Origin: Gemmata obscuriglobus
GTDB taxonomy: Bacteria; Planctomycetota; Planctomycetia; Gemmatales; Gemmataceae
DNA length: 32,000 bases
NCBI RefSeq assembly: GCF_008065095.1
Contig: NZ_CP042911.1
Span: forward strand, 8,730,001 to 8,762,000
Reading direction: 5' to 3'
The notes under the pieces: model-generated
The model's database searches: none
The model's input: the letters and a program-made list of their open reading frames with translations, nothing else
What the model was told of the DNA's origin: nothing
Shown here: in pieces, positions 10,711 to 18,074 of the stretch
How the letters are laid out: each line of letters begins with the position of its first letter
How positions within the stretch are numbered: position 1 is the stretch's first letter
Translations under genes and position numbers: made by a program

Positions 10711-11347
10711 GTTCACGAGGGTAGAGTCTTTTTAGCAGCTCGGGCCGCGGCCGCCAACCGTAACCCGGAGGAGTTTTGCGGGTCGCGCGGGGCGCGACCG
10801 TGCCATTCGCACCACCAACGGGCGGCTTGTTGGTCCAGTTTATCTGGCCGGAACGCATCATCTTGTTTTTCCTGTGCATCGTTGGAACCATTTTCGGCGG
10901 CCGTTATTGCGAAACCGCGGTGCTGCGAGCGTGCGGTTCCGTGGTAGCGACACCCCAGCGACCTGCCAGCTCCGGACCAGTCGCCCGGTAGCGAATGTCC
11001 AGTCGGTAGCCCACTCGGTGGCTACCAGTCGGGCTGTAACCCCCGTTACAGCCCGCGCGAGCCGGACGCAGCCAGATCCGACAGAGACCGAGTGCCGTCC
11101 GGTCTGGCCCCGCGCTCGCCTCAATACACAGATGGCACGGGCCCGGATCTTGGATGTGGACCGTTCGCGGCGCGGGCGGTACTTCGCGCATCAGGTCGCG
11201 GCGCCGGCCGCTTCGCATCCGCTCGGGGAGAGCGAGCGGGGGTATGCGGCGCGCTCGAACGCGAGACGACCGAACTCCGCCGTTGCCCCGCGCGGCGGGC
11301 GCGGTATGGTGCCGGGAGTCGCTTCACCGCTCCCGGAGGTGCTCTCC

Positions 11348-12265
11348 ATGTCGATCCCCACCCGCCCGCTCGGCAAGACCGGCGTCAACGTGTCCGCCCT
11401 CTGTCTCGGCGGATGGCACATCGGCCAGCCCGCCATCGGCGACGCCGAGGCCGAGCGCATCATGCACGCCGCCATCGACGCGGGCGTCACGTTCTTCGAC
11501 AACGCCTGGGACTACCACGAGGGGCGGTCCGAAGAGATCATGGGGAACGCACTCAGCACCGGCGGCCGGCGCCAAAAAGTGTTCCTCATGACCAAGAACT
11601 GCGGGCGCGACGCCGAGCACTCCCGCCAGCACCTCGACGACAGCCTCCGGCGCCTCAAGACCGACGTCATCGACCTGTGGCAGTTTCACGAGATCAACTA
11701 CGACAACGACCCGGAGTGGATCGTCGAGCGCGGCGCGCTGGCCCACGCCCTGGAGGCCCAGAAGGCCGGCAAGGTGCGGTTCATCGGCTTCACCGGGCAC
11801 AAGGCCCCGCACATCCTCCTGAAGATGCTCGGGACGCACAACGACTGGGACACGTGCCAGCTCCCCGTGAACGTGTGCGACTACTTCTACCGCAGCAGCA
11901 TCCACGACGTGATCCCCGAGCTGAAGAAGCGGAACGTGGCCGCCATCGGGATGAAGTCGCTCGGCGGCGGGAACCTGGAGGCCGGCGGGCAGATCCCCGG
12001 CGGCGGGGTCGCAACGGCGGACGAGTGCATCCGGTTCGCGCTGTCGCAGGACATCGCGTCGCTGGTGGTCGGCATCGACTCGATGAAGGTGCTGATGCAG
12101 AACGTCGAGATCGCCCGCAGCTTCCGCTCGATGCCCAAGGACGAGAGCGACGCGCTGCTGGCGCGGGTGAAGACCGTGGCGGGCGACGGGCGGTTCGAGC
12201 CGTCGAAGTCCACGCAACTGTTCGACGGCCCCTACCACCGCCGCCAGCACGGGTTCGCGGGATAG
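11348..12265 (+). CDS. aldo/keto reductase family oxidoreductase
   Basis: MSIPTRPLGKTGVNVSALCLGGWHIG..., DNAWDYHEGRSEEIMG (catalytic Asp/Tyr context) and FLMTKN (Lys). ATG 11348 is preceded by GGAGG. The 158-codon upstream extension in the track (from 10874) is Arg/Ala-rich and unlike a real protein. Confidence 0.85.
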   Translation: MSIPTRPLGKTGVNVSALCLGGWHIGQPAIGDAEAERIMHAAIDAGVTFFDNAWDYHEGRSEEIMGNALSTGGRRQKVFLMTKNCGRDAEHSRQHLDDSLRRLKTDVIDLWQFHEINYDNDPEWIVERGALAHALEAQKAGKVRFIGFTGHKAPHILLKMLGTHNDWDTCQLPVNVCDYFYRSSIHDVIPELKKRNVAAIGMKSLGGGNLEAGGQIPGGGVATADECIRFALSQDIASLVVGIDSMKVLMQNVEIARSFRSMPKDESDALLARVKTVAGDGRFEPSKSTQLFDGPYHRRQHGFAG

Positions 12266-12301
12266 CGGCTATCATGAGCGGTGCCCCTTCGGAGGAACGC
12301 G

Positions 12302-12481
12302 ATGCGTCGCGAATTCACGCTCGAATACTGGAAAGACGGCGAGTGGCTCGTCGGTCGGCTGGTTGAGGTGCCGGGCGTGCTCAGTCAGGGCGAAACGCTC
12401 GACGAGTTGCGCGCGAACATTCAAGACGCCTACGAGCTGCTGACGGTCGATGAGCGCGAGGCGGCGCCGGAAGGTGTTTGA
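12302..12481 (+). CDS. HicB-like (UPF0150) antitoxin-domain protein, no hicA partner
   Basis: MRREFTLEYWKDGEWLVGRLVEVPGVLSQGETLDELRANIQDAYELL matches the HicB N-terminal fold pattern. ATG 12302 is preceded by GGAGGA. Confidence 0.55.
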   Translation: MRREFTLEYWKDGEWLVGRLVEVPGVLSQGETLDELRANIQDAYELLTVDEREAAPEGV

Positions 12482-12514
12482 ACATGGGGCCGGGGATGTG
12501 TGTAACGTTTGGGA

Positions 12515-12574
12515 ACGAGCCGCGACCGCAAGGGAGCGGGCTACGTAGCCCGCTCCCTTGCGGTCGCGGCTCGT
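12515..12574. repeat. perfect 60 nt palindrome (30 bp arms, no loop)
   Basis: acgagccgcgaccgcaagggagcgggctac|gtagcccgctcccttgcggtcgcggctcgt. All 30 pairs were checked individually around the centre at 12544/12545. Confidence 0.9.
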
Positions 12575-12610
12575 CAAAACGCGCAGCGCCGGCGGCTTTT
12601 GTCTTTCGTG

Positions 12611-12670
12611 GCACAGACATTCCTGTCTGTGCTCGATCACCGCGCCGCACAGACAGGAATGCCTGTCCCA
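12611..12670. repeat. pair of REP-like hairpins in inverted orientation (REPIN-like doublet)
   Basis: gcacagaca-ttcc-tgtctgtgc (12611-12632, 9 bp stem) and gcacagacaggaatgcctgtcc (12648-12669). The first 15 nt of the second copy equal the reverse complement of the first. Confidence 0.7.
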
Positions 12671-12751
12671 CAAAAGCAAGAACCACTAACCGAATCCGTC
12701 AGGCGGCGATTCGCAAGCAACTCGATTTGAGCGGAGGTTCGTAAGCGACCG

Positions 12752-13255
12752 ATGTCCGACTTCACTATCCGGCTGGCGACCGCGGAGGACCTGGAAGCGA
12801 TCCGCGCCATTTACAACTACTACGTCGAGCGCTCGACCTGCACCTACCAGGTCGAGCCCGACACCGCCGCGGAGCGGGCGGCGTGGTTCCGCGACCGCTC
12901 GGCCAAGTACCCGGCGACGGTCGCGGAGCGCGACGGGGCGGTCATCGGGTGGGGGGCGCTGTCCCCGTGGAAGTCGCGGTGCGGGTACGCGTGGTCCGCG
13001 GAGGCGTCCGTGTACATCCACCACGAGCACCACCGCCGCGGGCTCGGCAAGGCGCTGCTGCTCGACCTCATCGCGCGGGGCCGCGCCGCCGGGCTGCACA
13101 CCATCATCGGCGCCACCAGCAGCGACCAGACCGCGAGCCTCGCCCTTCAGGTGTCGGTGGGGTTCGAGGTGATCGGCACGCACCGCGAGGTGGGCCGCAA
13201 GTTCGACCGCTGGCTGGACGTCACGTACACGCAACTGATGCTCGCCGAGCGATAG
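12752..13255 (+). CDS. GNAT family N-acetyltransferase, phosphinothricin/methionine-sulfoximine acetyltransferase-like
   Basis: IRLATAEDLEAIRAIYNYYVERSTCTYQ..., VYIHHEHHRRGLGKALL (acetyl-CoA binding R-x-x-G-x-G/A) and GFEVIGTHREVGRKFDRWLDV, typical of the PAT/YncA subgroup. Confidence 0.85.
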   Translation: MSDFTIRLATAEDLEAIRAIYNYYVERSTCTYQVEPDTAAERAAWFRDRSAKYPATVAERDGAVIGWGALSPWKSRCGYAWSAEASVYIHHEHHRRGLGKALLLDLIARGRAAGLHTIIGATSSDQTASLALQVSVGFEVIGTHREVGRKFDRWLDVTYTQLMLAER

Positions 13256-13635
13256 TGCAAAACGTATAAGGCTTGTTATCGCGCTCGCGACACTCGCCTG
13301 ATTTGGAGAAATATCTAACACACGGATCGGCAGCAGGTGTCGCGATCGAAAGTGAGCCACAGCCACACATACAGAACATGTACAAATCCGACAGCCTACG
13401 GTCTGTTATCTCGACTTGCTCGTAAATACGACATGTGCGGGCGGGCTGTGTATTAGACTGTACATTCCGATTTGAATTATCCCGTACCCGGGAGCGAGCT
13501 TCTCGCCCCGCACTATTGTCTCTCACGTCATCTTCATCCTTCGATTTTCGACTGTTTTTTCGGCGCGCGGCCAACTACATTCCCTTCACGCTGCCGCGGC
13601 TCGTCAGTTCACGTCACGTAAAGATAGAGGGCAGT

Positions 13636-14607
13636 ATGACACGTCACCGGCGTGGGTTTACGCTTATTGAATTGCTGGTGGTGATCGCGATCATCGCGAT
13701 TCTCATTGGGTTACTATTGCCAGCGGTTCAAAAGGTCCGCGAGGCCGCCGCACGCATGTCCTGCAGTAACAAGCTGAAGCAGCTCGGGCTGGCGGCCCAC
13801 AACTATCACTCGGCCTACGAGAAGTTCCCCTACGGGATGTATCGGGTGCAGAACCCCGAGTACCCCGCGGACTCGACCGCGGCCCTCGGGCCGAGCGGGC
13901 AGAACCCGCGCCACAACCTCGTGTGGCAACTGCTGCCGTATTTGGAGCAAGACGCGATCCACAAGCGCTGGAATCTGTACGACTTCAGCGCCAACGCGCC
14001 GTACATGAATCAACGGCTCGTCGCGATGGAGTGCCCGTCGCAGCCGATCGGCGAACACCTGAACCAACCTCCCCCCGGCGGCACGCCTGGGCAGTACTCG
14101 CTGACCAGCTATTACGGCTGCGCCGGCACTCGGTCCTATCCGCGCCGCCCGGGCGAGAGCGGCGGGCCGACTATGCTCCAATACCGTGACGGCGTCTTCG
14201 ATCAGAACCGCCGCTACAACGTGGTGGGTATCACCGATGGTACGAGCAACACCCTCATGTTCGGGGAGCGCCACTACTTCGACCCGGTGTTCGACACCCA
14301 AACGCTTAGTCCCGACCGAATCGCTGACTGGGGCTGGATGTGGTTCGGCGCGCAGGGCGACGTGTTTCTGGGGTGCAACGTGAAGATCAACTTCAAGCTC
14401 CCCGCGGACTTCATGAGCCGCTCGGGCACGGAACAGCAGATCCTCTACGAGGACCGGATCAACGCGTTCGGCAGCGGCCACACCGGCGGGGCCAACTTTA
14501 CGCTGGCCGACGGCTCGGTCCGCTTCATCCGCGACAGCATCTCCCCGCAGACGCTGCTGTTCCTCGGCACGCGCGCGAGTGGAGAGGTGATCCCCAACGA
14601 CTTCTAA
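13636..14607 (+). CDS. DUF1559 protein with type IV pilin-like N-terminal cleavage/methylation motif
   Basis: MTRHRRGFTLIELLVVIAIIAILIGLLLPAVQKVREAAARMSCSNKLKQLGLAAHNYH, and C-terminal HTGGANFTLADGSVRFI. ATG 13636 follows GAGGG. The track start at 13435 lies in an AT-rich leader. Confidence 0.9.
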   Translation: MTRHRRGFTLIELLVVIAIIAILIGLLLPAVQKVREAAARMSCSNKLKQLGLAAHNYHSAYEKFPYGMYRVQNPEYPADSTAALGPSGQNPRHNLVWQLLPYLEQDAIHKRWNLYDFSANAPYMNQRLVAMECPSQPIGEHLNQPPPGGTPGQYSLTSYYGCAGTRSYPRRPGESGGPTMLQYRDGVFDQNRRYNVVGITDGTSNTLMFGERHYFDPVFDTQTLSPDRIADWGWMWFGAQGDVFLGCNVKINFKLPADFMSRSGTEQQILYEDRINAFGSGHTGGANFTLADGSVRFIRDSISPQTLLFLGTRASGEVIPNDF

Positions 14608-14623
14608 CCCGCTCGGACACTTC

Positions 14624-14653
14624 GGCGGGGCGGGCACGTCGGCCCGCCCCGCC
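14624..14653 (+). terminator. perfect 12 bp GC hairpin after the DUF1559 gene
   Basis: ggcggggcgggc-acgtcg-gcccgccccgcc followed by ttcattt. It could act as an attenuator or stabiliser rather than a full terminator, because the next gene starts 22 nt later. Confidence 0.45.
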
Positions 14654-14674
14654 TTCATTTCACGAGGGCCGATC

Positions 14675-15112
14675 ATGGCACACCAGTTCCACCGACCGAC
14701 CTTTCCCGCGGTGCTGCTCTTCCTCTGCGGTTGTGGCGGCGGGCCGCAGTTCGCGGAGGTCGAGGGCGCCGTCACACAGGGCGGCAAGCCGCTCAAAAAC
14801 GTGCGCGTCGAGTACTGGCCGGACGGCAACGGGCCGAAATCGACGGCCGTAACCGACGAGCAAGGGCATTACACACTCAAGAGCGAGGACGGCAAGACGC
14901 CCGGCGCGGTGACCGGATCGCACAAGGTCGTCCTGAAGGACCTCGACACCTACAGTGACAAGTTCCTCGGCCGCAAGGCCGAAAACATGCCCCCTCCCAA
15001 GAAGGAGGTGAAGGAGAGGTTCTCGAAGACCTATGCCGACCCCGTCAAGACCGACTTGAAGCGGGACGTGGTCGCCGGCCAGAAAAACGTCTTGAACTTG
15101 GAGGTCAAATAA
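14675..15112 (+). CDS. small lipoprotein, carboxypeptidase-regulatory-like beta-sandwich
   Basis: Signal peptide with lipobox (AVLLFLCGC). VEGAVTQGGKPLKNVRVEYWPDG...TDEQGHYTL resembles the Cna-B/CarboxypepD_reg fold pattern. This is the usual downstream partner of DUF1559 genes in Planctomycetes. Confidence 0.65.
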   Translation: MAHQFHRPTFPAVLLFLCGCGGGPQFAEVEGAVTQGGKPLKNVRVEYWPDGNGPKSTAVTDEQGHYTLKSEDGKTPGAVTGSHKVVLKDLDTYSDKFLGRKAENMPPPKKEVKERFSKTYADPVKTDLKRDVVAGQKNVLNLEVK

Positions 15113-15118
15113 CCGCCC

Positions 15119-16282
15119 ATGTCAGCCGAACCGCCCGACCCTAAAGGCGCCGCGGGGGCGCCCGCATCAGCCCCGCGCCTCGCGTCACTGGACCAGTTCC
15201 GCGGGTACACCGTCCTGGGCATGCTGCTGGTGAACTTCGTCGGCTCGTTCGCCGTCATCAAGGCGGACGTGCCGGTGCTCGCGCACCACCACACGTACTG
15301 CAGCTACGCCGACACGATCATGCCGCAGTTCCTGTTCGCGGTGGGATTCGCGTTCCGGCTCACCTTCGCGCGCCGCCGGGACGCGGTCGGCCCGCGCGCC
15401 GCCTACGGGCACGCGGTGCGGCGCAACCTCGCGCTATTCCTGGTCGCGTTCGCGGTGTACAGCGTCGGCTCGCGGTGGGAGAAGTGGGACGACCTCGCCC
15501 AGCGCGACGCGGTCCTGCTCCGCTGGGCCAAACAGGACCTGTTCCAGACCCTGGGACACATCGCGGTCACGTCGCTGTGGGTGCTCCCGGTGATCGCGGC
15601 CCGGCCGCGGGTGCGGTTCGGGTTCGCGGTGTTCTCGGGCGCCCTGCACCTGGCGCTCTCGTACTGGTTCAACTACCGCTGGGCGAACACCCCGCCCAAC
15701 GGCGTGGACGGCGGGCCGCTCGGATTCCTCACCTGGGCCGTCCCGCTCTTGGCCGGCACCCTGGCGTGCGACCTGTACCAGGCCGTCGCGAGCCGGGGGA
15801 GGCTCTGCGGCCTCCTGCTCGTCGCGGGGCTCGCGGTCGGCGCGCTGGCCTACGGGCTGTCGTGCCTGCACCTCGCGCCGTCGGACCTCGACGAGTGGCG
15901 GTTCCACGCGACCGCGTCGGCCGCCGCGCCGCCGCTCGTTTACGTGGGCGTGAAGCCGCCCACCAACGACCTGTTCACGATGAGCCAGCGGTCCGGGAGC
16001 CTGACCTACACGCTGTTCGGCGCGGGCGTGTCGCTGGTCGTGCTGGCGCTGTTCGTGCTGGCGTGCGACATCGGCGGGCTGCGGTGGGGCGTGTTCGACA
16101 CGTTCGGCTCGAACGCGCTGGCGGCCTACATCATCCACGGGCTCGTGTTCGACGCCGCCAAGCCGTTCGTGCCGCGGGACGCGCCGCTGTGGTACGTTTA
16201 CACCGCGTGCGGGCTCGCGCTCGGCCTCTGCTACATGTTCGTGCGGCACCTCGAAAAGCACCGGCTGTTCCTGAAGCTCTGA
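15119..16282 (+). CDS. DUF5009 / heparan-alpha-glucosaminide N-acetyltransferase-like polytopic membrane protein
   Basis: RLASLDQFRGYTVLGMLLVNF plus about 10 further TM helices. The start lies only 6 nt after the lipoprotein stop. Confidence 0.7.
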   Translation: MSAEPPDPKGAAGAPASAPRLASLDQFRGYTVLGMLLVNFVGSFAVIKADVPVLAHHHTYCSYADTIMPQFLFAVGFAFRLTFARRRDAVGPRAAYGHAVRRNLALFLVAFAVYSVGSRWEKWDDLAQRDAVLLRWAKQDLFQTLGHIAVTSLWVLPVIAARPRVRFGFAVFSGALHLALSYWFNYRWANTPPNGVDGGPLGFLTWAVPLLAGTLACDLYQAVASRGRLCGLLLVAGLAVGALAYGLSCLHLAPSDLDEWRFHATASAAAPPLVYVGVKPPTNDLFTMSQRSGSLTYTLFGAGVSLVVLALFVLACDIGGLRWGVFDTFGSNALAAYIIHGLVFDAAKPFVPRDAPLWYVYTACGLALGLCYMFVRHLEKHRLFLKL

Positions 16283-16329
16283 CCCGGGGCCGGTCGTTTC
16301 AAGTTCGGGCCGTATCGCGGTTCTGGCCT

Positions 16330-16572
16330 GGAGTGTGGTCCGCTCACTCCGTGAGCGGTCGCTCCGCGTATCCGATCTGCTCCCGGTATCATCTGCTCCG
16401 TCGTTGTGCGCCACGCGTATCCGAGGCGCCGAGCGACCGCTCACGGAGTGAGCGGACCACACTCCGAACCAACGCACCGGTCCGAGTCGTTGTGCGCCAC
16501 GCGCATCCGAGGCGCCGAGCGACCGCTCACGGAGTGAGCGGACCACACTCCGAACCAACGCACCGGTCCGAG
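16330..16572. repeat. REP-like element cluster: one inverted core plus an 86 bp tandem duplication
   Basis: Units at 16401-16486 and 16487-16572 are identical except for one t/c difference. The 35 nt core gagcgaccgctcacggagtgagcggaccacactcc (16431-16465, 16517-16551) recurs as a perfect reverse complement at 16330-16364. The core contains the hairpin ccgctcac-tcc-gtgagcgg. Confidence 0.9.
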
Positions 16573-16788
16573 ATGCGAACTTGGAACGACCGGGTTCAGT
16601 ATGACCCGGAACGCGAGTGCGGGTACGCTGAAGGCCACCGTGATCCCGGGCACGCGCCCTGGAATCTCGGTGGCCTGACTGGATCGCGCCGCCCAGCGCT
16701 TACCGGACCGAGCCCGGATTACCTCGAATAACGATCGAGCCACCGCTCCTCTTGTGCCTTTTGCGACAGCTCCGACTTCCGCGTTCGA

Positions 16789-17643
16789 TCACTTCACCGT
16801 GTTCGGATCGAGCGTCACGCGAGTCACGCCGGGCACCTTCCGCACAGCCCCCGCGAAATCCCAGACGTCCGCGGCGTGAGAAACCGATCCGGACACGAGC
16901 ACGGCGCCGTCCGGCTTCATTTCGGCCGTGAGCCGTGCGAACCGCGGGTCGGCGGCGCGGATGGCGGCCACCGCGGCCAGCACGTCGGCGGGCTTCGAGC
17001 CGATGCCGGTCAGCGCGCCGGGGGCGGTGAAGCCGCCGGGCGGCAGGGGCGGCGCGCCGCTCGGGCGCGGCAGCACCGGGGCGCCGAGGACGTTCACCGG
17101 GGCGTTCAGCGTGCTCGGGTGCTGCACGACCACCGTCTTACCCGGCGCGACCGCCACAAGCTCGGCGGACGACGGGGGCGGCGCCTTGGGGACGTACCCG
17201 GCGGGGGCGGCCGGCGGGGCCACGACGCCCGGCAGCGCCACCCCGGTGGGCTCGTTGCCCGGTTTCATTTTGCTCGCGAGCGCCCGCAGCAGCGGGTCGG
17301 GGGACACGTCGACGAAGCACGTGTTCTTCACCGACTCGACCCCGGGGACCGCCCGGGCCACCGCCTCGGCGCGCCTCATGATCTCCTCGCTGGCGACCGC
17401 CCCGCCGATCACCGCGCCCCGGTCCACGACGCTCACCAAGATCGGCACGTTGCGGAGCACCGGGTCTGCGTCGAACGCCATCTGGATCGTGGTGCCCAGC
17501 GTCAGCTCGGCGAGGGAGACCGGCCTGGCCACCGGGGCAGCGGGCGGGAGCGGGTCGGCGGCCAACAGTTGTCCCGCCGTTGCGGCGCAGGCGAGCGCGG
17601 CAACCGTGCGAAGGGTTTTCGATGTCAGCAGGTGCGCAAACAT
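16789..17643 (-). CDS. two-BON-domain secreted protein (OsmY-like)
   Basis: Signal peptide MFAHLLTSKTLRTVAALACAATAGQLLA. BON-like segments ...ILVSVVDRGAVIGGAVASEEIMRRAEAVARAVPGVESVKN and ...DGAVLVSGSVSHAADVWDFAGAVRKVPGVTRVTLD are joined by a Pro-rich linker. ATG 17643 follows GGTGAGG. Confidence 0.75.
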   Translation of the reverse strand: MFAHLLTSKTLRTVAALACAATAGQLLAADPLPPAAPVARPVSLAELTLGTTIQMAFDADPVLRNVPILVSVVDRGAVIGGAVASEEIMRRAEAVARAVPGVESVKNTCFVDVSPDPLLRALASKMKPGNEPTGVALPGVVAPPAAPAGYVPKAPPPSSAELVAVAPGKTVVVQHPSTLNAPVNVLGAPVLPRPSGAPPLPPGGFTAPGALTGIGSKPADVLAAVAAIRAADPRFARLTAEMKPDGAVLVSGSVSHAADVWDFAGAVRKVPGVTRVTLDPNTVK

Positions 17644-17862
17644 GGTGAACCTCACCGGCCGGGTGCGTCCGCGACGGTTGTCGCGAATCGCCGCGCCGCG
17701 GGCGTACCTCTATTCTCAGTCACGGTCAGTTGAGGTGAAATTGCGCCGTGTAATTTTTACCGGATGAAGACGAGCGAATTGTTCCACCGGTAGCATCCAG
17801 CGAACGTCGTCCGGTCGGCGAAGGGGGTCGGTGTGGGTAAGATGTGCGGCCCGCTGTTCGGC

Positions 17863-18062
17863 CGGTGGGCTGTTCCCTGGGACCGCGGACGTCCCGTCCG
17901 CCGCTCCGGGAATCCGATGGCTCGGCGGGCCGTCGGTGGGCTGTTCCCTGGGACCGCGGACGTCCCGTCCGCCGCGCCGGGAATCCGATGGCTCGGCGGA
18001 ATATTGGTGTCGCACACTCCGCGTGCATACCAGCGGACGGGACGTCCGCGGTCCCAGGGAAC
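17863..18062. repeat. second REP-like family: two direct 66 nt copies plus one inverted 30 nt core
   Basis: Copies at 17863-17928 and 17934-17999 differ at one base (cggtgggctgttccctgggaccgcggacgtcccgtccgccgcKccgggaatccgatggctcggcgg). An inverted core lies at 18033-18062. It contains the hairpin gcggacg-tcc-cgtccgc. Confidence 0.9.
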
Positions 18063-18074
18063 GGCCGGCGGGGC

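Noticed and set aside
10900-11110. Cobalamin riboswitch, RNase P, SRP or 6S RNA in the structured gap
   Set aside because: I could not find the diagnostic conserved strings on either strand: the B12 box with GCCACUG, GAGGAAAGUCCGG, or GGAAGCAGCC. This needs an Rfam scan, so it is reported only as an unassigned structured region.
11131-11150. Perfect TGGCACG -24-like heptamer upstream of the AKR gene
   Set aside because: There is no GC dinucleotide at the required 10 nt spacing (the sequence continues GGCCCGGATC), so it is not a sigma-54 promoter candidate.
10874-11347. 158-codon N-terminal extension of the aldo/keto reductase
   Set aside because: The extension is Arg-rich and non-protein-like. 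The AKR family starts at MSIPTRPLGKTG, and ATG 11348 has a GGAGG upstream.
16401-16572. Tandem repeats as a possible CRISPR array (likewise 17863-17999)
   Set aside because: There are only two directly abutting or 5 nt-spaced copies, with no unique spacers of CRISPR length and no cas genes. They behave like REP/MITE-type elements.
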